A model generated the notes under the pieces. The model was given only the letters and a program-made list of their open reading frames with translations. It was not told the origin of the DNA and did not search any database. A stretch of 64,000 nt of DNA from Iphione sp. A-MEVVRFRX5 (taxonomy: Eukaryota). The stretch spans positions 81,220,001 through 81,284,000 of the forward strand of contig OZ320314.1 in assembly GCA_976226885.1 (NCBI GenBank), written 5' to 3'. Below are positions 31,301-46,300 of the stretch, in pieces; within the stretch, counting starts at the first letter, position 1, and every line of letters begins with the position of its first letter. The translations under genes and the position numbers were made by a program.

Positions 31301-34300
31301 TGAGTATTACGATTTGCGGCGGATCATTTAAATGCATAGACCATAGAAAATATTCGTCACAATAACAACAGAATGGTATTGAATGTGTTATACGGGCCGT
31401 TGAGAATTCATCGAGATCAACGGCATTTGTACACGTGTTTTAATTGATTTGTACTACTGTGCGTCTACAAACGTTCCCAGTAGGAGAACGATTTTAGTTC
31501 AAATTCATGCCTTTTTTTATAGCCATCTGTCTTACAGCTCGCTTTTACTGACAAGTCAGTCGTGGGAACCGAATGTATTGAATTTAAAAGCAAATCGTTT
31601 TGCATGCTTTACCAGATAAAAACAAATACATGGACATTGAAATCTATTTTGGACCGTATCCATTCCTGCACTATTAGGCCCATGGCTATGTATCCCACAG
31701 CTTGGCTGGATCGCTGTAACCGGAGCAACTTACTTTTCATAAAGGCTATTGCCCGACAGAAAAGGTCCGAATTGGACGATGTGTGTTTGTGCGTATTTTT
31801 TTTCACTGATGGGACAAAGCAGTGCGGTGAGTTAGAAGGTACCATAGAGGGACGGAGAGCCAGACAATAGCCCAGAGCTATATCAGGTTGTTGGCGCGTC
31901 TGACACAACGTAACATGTCTGACGTTAACGATCGGCATAGAATACCTATGACCTATATATGTGCGCGGTCGGATGGTGTCTCTTTGAGACGGTATTCCCG
32001 CGAGTTTACGACGTATGATGAATTGCCTTCACTGACTTCTACCAGGTGTTAAGGGGTATCATGGTGCGGTTACTATGTCCGTGTAGCACTGTCACGGTGT
32101 GCCAGTGCTTCCCGTGTATTTTTTTCACCCATTTATTCTACAGGAGACAATGGAATACCAGTTTGTCGATGAGGAATTGGCCCGGTTCATCAATAGTTTG
32201 TCAATTTGTATTGACTGGTGTTAATTGATGTTCATCAATAAGGCCCATGAAAGCCGATGGCCACCTACCTGAAGCTGAGTGCTCGGCAGAAGCCAAGGCT
32301 TTGGACCTGGGATTTCTTCAACATAGCCAACTTGATAAGGAGAGGTCGGGACCTTCATGCCAGGATGCATCTTGTTAGTATCCTTTAACTCATGCTTCTG
32401 TAAGTAAAAAACCACACGTTTGTTATCACTGATATGCTTTAACTATGACCACACAGTTCATATTAGTAAAGGTATCTACTTGTAAAGAGAGGCACATGCA
32501 TTAAATGCATATCTAAAGTCATCTTTATCTTTCATCTAAAACCCTTTTCAAAAAGTCTTTCTGTACTTCAAAAATAAACCAATAATCAACTGAGTTAGAT
32601 AAAAGAAACGATAGCTCCAGGCGCACAGATTCTTACATGGTCATGTTCTCAGGGTTGCAGACAGTCATGGTAATAAATCATGGCACTAGAAGTTAAAGAG
32701 TTTCAAGCTTTTGACGTCTTCCGTGTGTGAAGACAAACTTCCTCCGAGGCATTTTACGGAAAGTGACAGAATCTTATTATAGTTCTAAAGTATATCTGTC
32801 AAGTGCGACTGCATCCAAACAGAAAGTAGATGGAAAGAGGGAATGTTGGGACCCTCCGGGCTGGAAGGACCCCTGGAACACTGACATTATTATTTTCAAA
32901 TGAGTCTGCCAGAACCTATGCTAAGTGTAAGTCGCTGACGGCAATAGGTAAATAAGCACTGGACAACCCCACCTTCCCTTTATTTGAAGAGAAGTCAGGG
33001 GTGTCTGACAAGTGTGTTTACAAACTTATGCATAACCATATCCAAAGAATGGCAATTACCAGGACACCATGAATGAAAGAAGACTTGTCAATCACTGGTA
33101 GAACCATAAGCGTAATAAACCTAACACAGTTACATTTATCTGAAGAAATTTGTTGATAAGGGATTATTTCCCCCACTGGTTTGCACTGCCTCGAGGTGGA
33201 AAGCACAGTAGCACATGTGTTGCCCATCAGTTATAAATAATACGGTCAGAATCAGATCAGGCAACTAAACGTCAGACATGCTGGAGGTAGACAAGATCAA
33301 TGGAGGATCAAGAGAAAGGCGGCCTTTACAGAGACCTGTGTGGGGGGAAACCTTTGTATACCACCTATATGTGTATATGGAGCTTGTGAGGCTTGTTTCT
33401 GTCAGAACTCCCTGCCTTATACGTGAGTCAGGGGGAAGTTTAACGCCTGTCCTCCCATCCTGAATGGCGTTGGTTGCGGAAAGACAGCCGTCCACGACCT
33501 TCCTGGGTGGCCGTCTCCGCCAGGTTGGGCGGAGGAAGGTGGCCGGGTCGTGATACGAGGTGTATGAATTATTGAAGCCTACACCTGGTCGAGTAGCCCC
33601 ACCGCACTCTGCATATCCATAGAGTACCTCACGTGTGAATATTTAATCAACCCCAGCACCATACCGCGAGCCGCGAACCTTCATCCACAACTGGAAGGGA
33701 AGGTCTGAAGAAGGGGCATAAAGCTGTCACTGACCTACTAACGGTAATACAAAATGTCCCCCAAAAGACACACATGCATGATACATCCCGCCAAAGCTTT
33801 GTGTGGTGCACAGATGCGGGAATATATGCATTTGTGAACAGTTAATTTCAAAAGCTATATTACATGTAGATTATCATTAAAATGTAATATTTTAGAGTAG
33901 ACCACCCAGATCGGTCGTTTTCGTGTGAACCATCTTCCGATTGATAGATGGAATGAAATAGGGCATGAAGTTTTTTTCTCAGAGCTGTTCGAAGATCATT
34001 AGTCTTAGCATTTGTTATAACATAAGCTATGGCAAGCTAACCATGTATTCATAAAGCCTGTCAAGTTCTAATGACATCCCATCCAATAACTAACCAAGGA
34101 TCCGTGAGAAGTGTACGGCTGCAGGACAAGTTGATTAATGTTCATGCCAAGCACTTTTGGTCTGCTGAACTATAAAGCTGTCACCAGCTCCTGCGTTCAA
34201 AGGTGTACACACACAGGATGCAGAACCGACAACAAGGTTTACACAGATTGACAGTGCGCACTGCATTGTTCATAGCACCTGCCCACTCGAATAGCATCAC

Positions 34301-37300
34301 GTCTTCTCTGGATATTAATTATCATGAGCGCTGACACATTCATCAAAATTCTGATCAACATCCAAACATTAGACATTTTACTGTCCATGTTGTCCTATTT
34401 CTTTTCGAAAACTTTAATGGCCCGGTCTCCCTCCATTGTTACACATTTATCATAGGAGAGACCTCTGAACTGCTGTCAGCGGCTTCCTCGTATACCTATC
34501 CGGATATAAAATTATGATTTCCCAGTAGACGGGTACCGACTATATTTAATACGTCTGGAATGTCCATGCGTCATGATCATGCTTTGGCAAGGGTTCGCTA
34601 AAACATTGTGACACAGTTTCAGATGGTTGGCCTCAAATTTGTTTCTGTTGACGAGAATAGGACCTGTGTGACCTTACTTTGACCTGAGCCATTAGATATA
34701 CATGGACATGCACATAATTCATATTCACGTAGATATATGTTTGGACATGTATAGAACTATTGCATGACTATAATATTACAACAATGGGGGGGTGTTACCC
34801 TTTATATTTACTTCGTAGCACAGAAAGAGGAGAGTGTACCCTTCACTCACGTCGTCATATAATTGCACCAAAGCACCGGAACATTTGGTCTGTCGAGATA
34901 GGGCTGACTGCCTTTGACAATTACATCAACGGGGGGCCGAAACTCTATATCTCCTCGGAAGGCAACACTGTCTTTCAAGTCCTTTTAATTGACATTGGAC
35001 TCAAATTTACCCCTAACGTCCAAGTGTACATGGGACACGATTTGTACTTGGGTAGGGAGATCTTTCACCACAAGGACAGGTGCACCACATAAACGTGCAT
35101 GTAGGCCTACCGAAACTCACTCTTTTACGGTACATGTGGTAAATAAACGTCTGTTTGTTTTGACTAGCACGAAAGACCACTTTCAATCCATTTCGTTAAT
35201 CCTCTTTCCGCCATTAAGATATCCGTAGCCGCCCATCATCAGGTGGCTGAGAAGCTCCTCCTTTTCAGTCCTGGTCGCCGTCCACCAGAGAAGGCCATAT
35301 CCGCCTTCAAGGCGGCGGGGCTCCTGGAGAGATAATGAGGTTTATAATGTACGTGGCCAGGTAGGCACCGTCTTACCTGTCCCAGGTGACAGGCAGCCCG
35401 CTGTGGCACAGAATGTCCCCCCGTGACCAGCGCGTACACAGAGCTTTGTTTCCTTCCCTAAAGTTTGGGTTCAGCGGTAGAAAAAAAGGCTTTCTCTGCA
35501 GCTACAGGAGAGGCCCCCTTTGGTGGAGTGACGGAATCAAATGACACCGACTCCATGTGACCTTTCGGGGGCCAAATTAACTCTTTTCAACATGCATCTT
35601 GTGGACCAACAGTGCATCCGAGAAGCTGCCAACATCACACGAGAAGTGGCCGTCTTGTTTGGCAGCTGTCAGAGGAAGCGACACGGCGTTCCCTGTACGG
35701 CTTCGCTAACATCATGCCGTCTTTGAGCTAATTTGGCCGACATCCAATGACATTTCCACGCAGCTTAGTGCTTCGAATACCTCGTGACGACTGGGCAAGA
35801 CACCAGCGGCAGATGTAATGACGTAAACAATGGGGCATTACAGACGGAACTTCTATAAACATAATACATATATGTCCCGAACCTCCGCCGCAAGGTGTGG
35901 CTGTCTATGGTCGAGTCAAATGGCGCCATTCGGTGGTAATGCAGGTATATCCAGCGGGCCGTTTGACCCTTCATCCACCTAATCATTAATCACTGAATCT
36001 TTAGAGTTTGCTACACAGTACAGTGAGAGTTAATGGGATATCAAACCAAATAGAAAACAAAAGAAAACACTTATAAAAAATACAGTTTTGTATAGTAATC
36101 TTCACTCACATCAGGTGATTTGTTATTGTCATTGTCTTTGAAAGCCTTTCACGAGATGCAGTTTTAAGGATTCAAATAATCATATCAGGGTTTGCCACCG
36201 GAAGCGCGCTAATTTCCCATGGAGAACGGTGTGTGAAATATTCATTGGATTCCATCAATAGCACAGGATTTGCGGCAGTAGCCAGTGTAAACCAACTCGG
36301 GAACCACAAATAACCTGGGTGTCCCAGTCCGACAGAGGAGGTGAACAAAAGGCTTCATTCCCGCTGTTCCATATTGATCAGCCCTTGGGGTGATCCGTTG
36401 TGCTTTTATTGCATTTGATTTTCCTCCCAGCATGGAGACTATGGTGTAGGCCACCATCCTAAAGAACCCAGTTGACCCCTTCCTCGTGTGGTGTCGCCAC
36501 CAGTGGTGAAGCGGGTGTATAAGAAAAAAAGAGCGACTGTAACTGAGAAGCTACAGGGCGGGAGGGGCAAAATTGAACCCCACCTGTGCAAGATTTACGA
36601 CAACAGATTTCAGTAAATCAGGTGGAATGCTCGGCCAAACAACATCACTAATATATGGCCATCTGTCATTGACTCTTGGAAAGCACCTCAACCTACTGCA
36701 ACATGGCAGGAATCCAAAGCTTGGAAGAACGTGTGCTAAGTATATTGTGCAGTTGAGAATGTTACTATTTCGTTGTTTTCGGTAAAATCAATGCTATTAA
36801 TTACTATCACATGCTAGCTGGCGGCATGTTTTGACCTAATCCATAGCTGGTCCTGTGCATGAGATGTGCTTTACGGTTTCACAGTCATAACTTGCGACAC
36901 AACATGCAAGCAACAGAGCATCGCTACTTGTGAACACCGCCCTCTCGACGTAACCCTTCCATCTTGAAACACTCACCAGCCGGCGGTGTTCGTACATGTT
37001 TTCGTTACTATGTCCTATATGACGTCACCAAGTGCACCCTTGACGATAGCAACATTCTATAATAGGTGTATGATAGAATATGCAACATTACGCCCAGGTG
37101 TACTTGGCTGACACCCTACCTAGCTCACCTGCCATAACGTTATTGATTTGGCTGCTGCTGGCCCATCTTGGTTACCCTACTGGTCAAGTGCTCCAGATAG
37201 GAGTCGGTGAGCTGACCTAAGTGGACTACCTATTGATTTCTATTCTTGGCAGTGATCCCTCCTCATACTCTATTATCCTATTAGTCCTCAATATGTTTGA

Positions 37301-40300
37301 GTTGACTGATTTCCAGGCACTTTAGAGAGAACGAGTTCGTATTTCCATTTGTGGTTAAAGAATACAGATTATTTCCCCTTCTGTGAGATCAATCGTCGTT
37401 TACAAACCAATTAACCCTCCACAATCCATCCATTTACTATAAAAAATTACCCTTTCTACCACATTAGTGTCTGTTATTTTGAAGCATCTGTGACATTATA
37501 ATGGATTAGCGGTGAAAAAAAACTTTATAGAAACAAGTTCTTTTGCTTCCGGCTCTTGGCAAACCGGGAGATTTTCTTTTTATATGATGACTTGAAGTAT
37601 TCCATACTCTACCCCATCATGAGATGATGATGGGCGAATTTGACAAAAAGAAATGGATTCCTGGCTACCAAAATACCGATTCCATGTTTAGAGAACGATC
37701 AATATTTTTATCACACCAGTCATGGAAGGAGAGACTATAGTAGTACATTAAGCTACCTGGCAGCAATATCCTCCGCGGAAATGGAAGTGGGGAGACAGTG
37801 AGAGTTATCCAGCAAAAAGCACCAATGGTCTCAAGTCTTCAGGCTGACCGCCTGCCAGCTGACGGCAGCCAAGCAGTAAATCAATCAGTTGACCAACTGA
37901 CCATACCCAGGTCGTACGCATAACGTGACCAGAAGTTTAATTATCGTACACACTAATCAGTACCCGTCTGACCTGGACAATTGATGTCTTGTCGCTGCCA
38001 ACCGACCATAAAGTCACAGTCTGATTGCCAAAGGTCGGACACTTTATTCCTTGACTTCTTCTGGACAGACCTGATCGTCGGTTCATCATCACTGTTGCTT
38101 CCCGACAAATTCCGCGCTATGCTCATGAGAAGGACCTTGCTTGGCTAGCTCGCATGAATCACTCTGATTTATTTATTCATTCATATATGATTAATCCTTC
38201 CCGAAAGAGATCTATCCTGCTTGCCTGCTACATAGATTTCTACCTTCGTTGGCTCTATGGAGACAAAGCATTAATTGACATCTCACAGGGACAGTAGAAA
38301 CTACGGCACCCATGGCGAACGCGAAAACCCGCCTGGGAGGTCCAACGTTTGTACCTGGTCGTCATGGAAACACCGGTACGTGCCCGTCTTTGTTTGCTTC
38401 CGAGACGCCCACCTACACGGCCAGTACCTAGGTGGGTTAATTAATAAGAATCACCAGAGTGACTCCTCTTATTGGGGACACAACCCTGGAACGGCGGAAG
38501 GCAGATCTGGCGCAAGCGTAGATACGCATCACAAATACTATGTTATTTCACATTTCGTCGAGTCTTCTTCAAATTTACACCCTTTTTATGTAATTATTAT
38601 CATTTAAGGCACAGAAATAAAAAGACCTACTGCAGATTCTACATGGCATGGGGACATTGCCAACATAGACGGGATACCAATTTACTGCCGTCATCACGAT
38701 TAAATTGGGATACCTGGACCCACTAACGTCAAGTACAGAGACAATGCAATATAATATAGCTAATTAAATTCCTCTGCCATGCTAAGTAGGGAATATTAAT
38801 GTGGATGTGTGTGTGTCGGGGGGTGGGTAGATAACTAGGTTCGCAAGCAGGTGGGTTGGCAGATTACAGACGCGTATGCCACCACTGGGAGGTCACTATT
38901 CGTGGGCAACGGTCCTGAGGGGAACATTTGCGTCCATGAGGACCTGTACCCCTCCCTCGGGATTCAGCCTATTTGTACGCTTGCTTGGATCACTATGACG
39001 TAACGATGCGATCTCGGTAGTACTGCAGGGACGCCTGGGTGTGATTGCTAATGCATGCCTATAACGAGTTGCGAATCGACTTTTCTTAACCCTTGTGAAG
39101 GACCGGCTCGAATGTGTGTGCAGGTACCATTAAATATATACATGTACGTATTGTAAACCGTAGTAGACAGCATCAGATGGACCATTCTGATGTATGGAAG
39201 AAATGTTTTTTTTATCCCCAACAATATCAGTACAGTTATCAGGGACCCCGTGAGTGTATCCTTTGATCACCTGTTAGGGACTACACTTGAGTATTGCGGA
39301 TGCCCTCTCTCTCATATAAGATAAACCCAAGCATTCTTTGAAGAATTACTGCATTCGTGGTACACATATTCTGGACACAAATTTCAAATGTGTCAGTAGT
39401 ATCTGAGAGCTGGAAACGACCACACTCACCTTCAAAGATTTCGATATCACTTCTTCCATCTACGTCTGTCTTACTGTCTGTCTGTCTATCTGTCTGTCTG
39501 TGTTTCCGTCCATCTCCATCCGTATCCCTACTTGTCTCCCCCCACCTCTGGTTCTATGCTTCCTGCCCATAATTTCCGCCACCCCACTTCACACATAAAA
39601 CCGTCCTGCACGCGTGTCTGTATGTAACTACCACTGCCTACACACATGCTAGTTTTTGAGGGAGGCCGGCGCCTATTGTCACTCCATGGGGTATGGTGGA
39701 GAGCACCAGGGGAACCAGGCACCGTTGTCAGGTGTAATGCGACGTTGGCGTGACAGGCAAGCGTAGCCTGTGACCCTCTCACAACCCCGACCGTTCCCCT
39801 CAGCGAGCAGGCCGATCATGTCAGGCCAGATATTACAAACTCTTTTTAGCAGGACTTGGACTGGAGGTTTGTTGTGTAAAATCTGGTTGACGTAGTTAAT
39901 TCTCCCTCTTTTCTTCCATGTTATAGGCGGGTTACAAGCGCGATTATTTGAGCGCGCGGTTAAAAATGTTCGAATTGCATTACATTCTGATGGTTCACAA
40001 TGTTCATTGTTTACATGCACTGTCCTGATGTTTGTCTGGTTCAGCAGATCTCACTCTTCACCTAATAGATCAGGTGAGAAAAAGTGAGCTTCGTGACTTT
40101 ACCCAAGAAAACAAGTAATACACGTTTCTCCTTTGTCTGTACAACAGATATTTATGAAAAGTTACATACTATATAAATACTTTGAGTATAGCAAATGTCA
40201 CGCCGATCTGTGGTTTCCACATGCATTTTTTGCTAATAAAACGCGGTGGTAAAACTATACCTGGTATATATTGTTCAGGGGGACGTATAACTACACCAGC

Positions 40301-43300
40301 CAGTCAGTCTGTCTATACCGAACTGCTACTTTTTTCACTGAAACGGGTCAAATCCACGTTAGGATAACACACCAATACCTTCATATAACAACTTAATTTC
40401 TCTGAATATACCTGCTTTAAGTCATGCGAGAGCTAGACATACACATTACTACATAAGTGTTTCATGTTCGACGGTAAGTAAAATAAATACAATACTTAAT
40501 ATCAACATCGGGGTTGACTATTACATAAAGATTAAGGTCAATTGACTCCTTCATTCAGAGACGACAACAAGTGAGACTGTTTTCTTTAGGACTCATTTAC
40601 TAGATGGGAAAATTATAGGTGGAACAAACGACCCATTGTAACGTTAAGTACAGTTAATCTAACGGGAGGGGATAAGGGCAGTAACGTTAAAGAGGATACG
40701 TCGTCAGTTCATCACTAATTGTCTCTCCTTTTCTTTTTTTAGGAATTCGGATCCTAATTTAGGCTTTACTTTGGCCCTTGTTGGGATGGATAGCGATTTT
40801 CCCCATTTAATTCTCCCCAAAACAGTACATGCGGACCTGCGATGTGACCAGGGGCGGGCCGTCTCCCTCTCTTTGCCGGCTCGGACAGCTGCCACTAATG
40901 AGGCACTTACCGCATAAACATAGAACAGTTAAGGTTTTAGTGCGCCATTCAGCATGTAAATCCTATTAGGTGGCCAACGCACAAATACAATTGGCCAACA
41001 TGCACGTGAGCGCTCTCCCTGGCATCACGTGCCGTCTGCACACACATCCGTAGACGTTTCATTTTAGTCCGCCGACTCCGCATGAACACGGATCCAAACC
41101 ATGTAATACATATGCATTGGGTTTGTATAAAGGTAGCAAAGGGAAAGTAGCCTTTGAGTTGCATGTTCGATATCGTTGCCAAATGATGGTACGTGATCGT
41201 AAATTTCTACATTTCATCTTCACCATAAGCAATATTGGATTTGATCTGAATGCAAGCTCACTCCGAGAACAGTTCCGTGATCGACAATTCCCAACCTCAG
41301 GAAAGGTTTCCCGTTAAAACACGTGGGTGTGATGATTCAGTGAGAGTATCTCGTTGCATGTGAAGTGACCAGTCCCCAAACCCTTTAGCCTGGCCCATCT
41401 CCATTCTCCACCTGTTCTTTTCATTCCCCCGGCATCAATATCATGAGAGCCTGCAACCGCGTTGTGATAGAATAACGGCCGCGTGTCCGACTGTGTTGAC
41501 GACAGGTGTTACTCGTGATATCAGGAAACAAAAAGTTAATACCTTGTAGTAAGTTTGCCCATGTGACAGTGGAAGAAGCGATTTTTTTTTGTCTTGACTC
41601 GGCTACGAACTGCACAGGCACATCTCAGTTTGCATACTAAAGATCTAAATGTATTTGGTACAGTCGCTAGCATTTATGGTGGTGACATTAAGTAATGACA
41701 AACACCACCTAGCTTTCATATGAGTTAGATATAAGGTGATAGAGAACATGTGTAGCTTAGTGACAGCTGTCGTGCTCCTAGGCATGACCATTATTATTGA
41801 TCCCGACTTGACCTTCATGGGGGAACAATACTAAACCCCAGCGGACTCGGACTTGCCTCGACTATAGGGATAGTGTGCTGCCATGTTATATAGGATGCGC
41901 CGATGCAACTGTAGATTGAATGATTTATACGATAGCTTCGTTTCAGCACCGTGGTAACCATTAAGGGAAAATTAGTTGTACTGTCTGCTATCACTACTTG
42001 GTTCAAATATACACAAAATCATGCATTCGTAGATGTGCACATACTGAAGTTATGCTTTTTAAAGGTGTTTCCCAAAAGAATAAAAATGATCCCTATAGAA
42101 AACACATCGTGTCATATTTGCATTTCTCATTGGCAGTGTAACTAAAGGTAAAATGAAGCTGTCTCTTGCTGAAAAGACATGTGGCATCACAAAGCGTTAA
42201 AATCAGAAAAGACATGACATCTGGAAATTAGTTTTGTATATTTAGTAATTTCCCATGAACCACCTAAAAAGGGGAGATGGAATACGATCCAGGACATGGC
42301 CTTCCCCGTCGACAATGGATAGAAATAGGATTGTCTATCAAACTCTTTTTTTTCGAGAAGCCTTTTGTCAGAGGCACCGAAAAATTACCCTAACCCCTCC
42401 AAACTCCCGTAGGGTTAGCTTTGGCTTCTTCCGCATGGAAGCCTGTAGGAATGTGACAGACAGGCTGACAGTAGAAGATCCACACTGACACCGTCTGATA
42501 GGTCTTGACAGCATGGCCGCATTTCAGGTCTCAGGTGGAAATCATCGCAGGTTAATTGCGAAAGAGATACGTGCTTTTGATATTTAGTATTCAGCCCTGG
42601 GCTTTACCACAGTATGGCTCGCCAAGGGTGGAGCCCAGACGTGAGTGAGGCACGTGAAAAAAAGCAAGTAAATTGATGAAATCTAATCTAGGAGCGCCTG
42701 AAAGTGACCACCTGGGGAGGATGTTTTACTCTCAGAGGTCGGTGCAAATGACATGGCGATAGGCCCTTCATTTCTGCCCAGAGCTGGCGTTGTCAAAGCG
42801 GCTTTAGACCTAGGTCGTGCAAGCGCGAATAGTTCCCTTCCTAATGACAAGGCTGCGGGGCTCAAGATGCCAAATAGAATTTCATCTTTTGCTAGTGTAC
42901 AAGAATAAAGAAATAGCAAAAATACCACCGAAGTTTAAGGGGAAATAGTTGCTCACTAAAGGCATTCAAAGCGTGCAGGATTTTTTTCCCAATTCAGTCG
43001 TTGCGCGGGATATAAGCTAGTGACCAGAAAATGAGGTTACCATTACAATCATTTAAAGCGATACAGCCATGTTGTAAGTTACGACGAAGAGTTAAATAAG
43101 AATGTTAAAGTCCTTCATTTGAGATGTTTTTGTGTGCGAAAGATGAGGCCGGTGACGCAAAATACAACCCATGTGAAAGGTAGTTTTTCTTAGATATTTT
43201 TTGTGGTAACAGGCATTGTGATCATGCAAATTACTCCAGGAGGTTGATAGGACTATTTAAAGCCGGTCTGGCGATGGGGGTTGTTATGTTGATCGGGCAT

Positions 43301-46300
43301 TTTCAGCCGTGCTACCAGATTCTTTCATCTCCACACATCCGTACACCTTCGCAGCTTTTCAAACGTCAACGCTGCAGCCGGCTCGATGCAGGCAACACTG
43401 GGACAAGGGCAGCCTCGACCGGTTCTCAGACTGGCAACAGTTGCTGATTTACTTCCTCCCAAGGAACACCCGATCTCCATAAGCAGTAAGCGCTCGAAAA
43501 TTGGCCTAATGCTAGCCCTGCCCGACAACATGTCACCGAGGCAATGAGCCCGCCAAAGCTTGGCGACAATTTCCATGACATGTCCCTAACAGAAGGGGCA
43601 AAGATGTCAGCGCTCAAGTCGTGAAAAGGCAACCAAAGCCATAACCAAAATATCCACTTTGGTCTTGGACGCCAATTCACCCGAGAGCTTTTTAACTGAA
43701 TAATGACAGGATGCAGGGAGGGGCTGATGGTGTCGACCATACTTTGCTGTACAAAAGGGGCTTCTCCGCTTCACACATGCAGAGCCTTTTACTGTAAACT
43801 TACGATCAGAGCTCCCCTCCCGGGAAGTAAGATTTCAGCATGCGACGGCCAGAAAGTTGAATGAATGACTTACTCATGACCCGACATTTGAACTGAATCG
43901 GGCATGTATCCATGTCCATTTCCATGAGAAAGTACATGTATATGGTGTTTCTTTTTAATCTTTAATGGTTTCTTCCCTTCACTCACTGAAGACAAGATTC
44001 CAGACATCATGGCTGCACCAAACACCTGCTGGCAATACATATGACTGAAGCTCATGAAGGTCTGCAGGTCCACTACTAGTTAATATTACCTGCATATTTA
44101 TTATTTCAGCAGTACACTTTTTATTAGCCAATTCAGCTATTTATACATCACAGCAAACGCCAACATAATGCACTAGAAATGATAGATTGGGAACACGTAA
44201 AACGCCAACGCATGTACATGTTTACAATAAATAGAGTGACTTTGTAATGACTGGGGGCTTTCCCTGGTGGACTGACTATAGACATGCTACGAGGGAGAGG
44301 TACAGCAAGCAAGTGCACTCCTAAAGCCGTTTTATCTGTAATGGGATCGATATTTGGCATTTCGTGTGATGCGATATCTCTAGACCTAAATTCAGACACT
44401 GTACTATGAGTAGCTGTTTCTAGACTAGTTTAACGTGCTTTCGTCACAGGGAAAAGCAGGCAACCGACCCTCTGGAGTGGAGAAACTGAGAAGAGATGCG
44501 AAATGTTAATTGCGGGAAAGAGGGGATAGACCACTGCTTCATAATTACGTCGTAAATGGGAACATGCAAAAAAAAGATAAGTACCTGGATTTTTCCCTTC
44601 TGTCTAGATACATTAGAAATATGAGAGTAATTTTGTATAAACTGTGGATGGCAATGACCCGGTGAGGGTAATCTGCAAAACGCTAATCCTTCGCCGCAGC
44701 TAATAGGCATGTACGTGTGTATGTATGCGCATGTTGGCACCGGTGTTTATATGCGCGTCTGGGTTCAGGTATGTCCTATGTCACGTCATTGCATGCAAAG
44801 GGAGCGTTAGGGAGCTGGGTCGCCTATAGCAGCACTAGGCGACAGAGAGCATTCACGGGGAATGGTAGACAGGCACCTCTCTCCCCATCCCTGAAATATT
44901 GGGATACATAGTGCTGCATTGGGACGGTGCTAACTCACGCAGGTGAAGCCTAACTGCCGCAGCTCAGTCTCCAACACGAATATCTACTTGCCTAAAAATA
45001 CAATGATCATTCTCTGAAACACCCTTCTGCCAACACCCGATACCCGTTAGCATTATCCCTACAGCCCGTCCCGGCTGCCATTAACAGTGAGCGGGCTAGA
45101 ATTCGGCTGTCTTGGGGCAACGCTGGCTAAGGCCCAACGCCAGGATGTGAAGGGGCCCAGTCGCTGGTGTGTATGCAACCGGGACATGTATGTATCGTGT
45201 ACACCCTGTAGGTACGTAGGTGGCCCGATGTCACTCTGCCAACTTCACCTACATCCAACCATTAAGGATAGATTCAGTCCTTTTTTTAACGTTAAGGCAG
45301 GTTGTGCTCAACTGATTCATTTGTGCAGTGAATATTATGAAAGTAGGAAATACTGTTGTCATTTCGCTCTATCATTACACTAAAAGAAATGTGACAATTA
45401 CCTGGGACTTGACATCATGGGAAAATACAAAGTGACACTTTTTGCCATCCCAAGAAAAAGAACACCTGTGAATGCATGTTAACAATCGAAGTTAAATTAC
45501 TTGGCCCTGGAAACCGACTAGATCCCCTCCTTGTGGGGCACAGCCTCTAATCAGAAGGCGTAATTCGGGTGCGGGTGTGCCTTTACTGCAAGATGAATTA
45601 CTTGTCAAGTGCAGGCCACGATAGGCATCGCCTTCGGCTCGTTTCTCGCGTTGTTTCTTTGCTTCATTATCGTTCAGGACCCATCGCTATGGGAGTCAAG
45701 TGTTGTTAGGGTGGTCTGCTTCCCCCGGTGAGCTTTGCTACTTGTTCAAGCGTAGGGGTCTCTCATGTTATCTACATTAACAAGTAAAAGATCCACGCTG
45801 GGGTACAATGAGGATCCACTGACTCCCTGTCGGCGTCTACCTGTCATACCTGCCAAGCGCTCCAGGGCACAGTTGTCTAGTTATCCACACATAACCATAC
45901 GCATCCGCCACCTACTCCTCTCAAAATTGTTACCTGGCTCTCTATTTGACTAGGTATGAAATAAAATGGCAATCGTTTGTTCATCATGCCGAGGTTAAAC
46001 ATGTACCCACCTGTAATCACGGCTCAAACTCTTTAGAAAAAAAAACTGCACAGCTGAACTGAACCGAATACAGGTTCGTAATCCATTCGAATAATAAACG
46101 GTTTCTCATTTTTTTCACTATGGGTGTGAAATATCGAGGCTGCACTGAATTGAATGTTATAGAACCAGTATGCAAACGAACGGGAGATCCAATAAATAAG
46201 GACGCGGTTACACAATGCGGCTACTCTCTATAGACACCTGTCCCGCTATATCCAATAGGGCTATAATGAATGAGTAAGACTAGGGTCCAGGTCACCTCCA

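Noticed and set aside
30431-31899. Phase 0-to-1 candidate exons 30467-30431 and 31899-31734 with strong donors
   Set aside because: Not needed once the 28677 acceptor is used; they would break the frame with it, and the peptides are not convincing.
36186-37567. Possible hAT-like element with cagggtttgcca / tggcaaaccgg ends
   Set aside because: Imperfect termini and no 8-bp target-site duplication.
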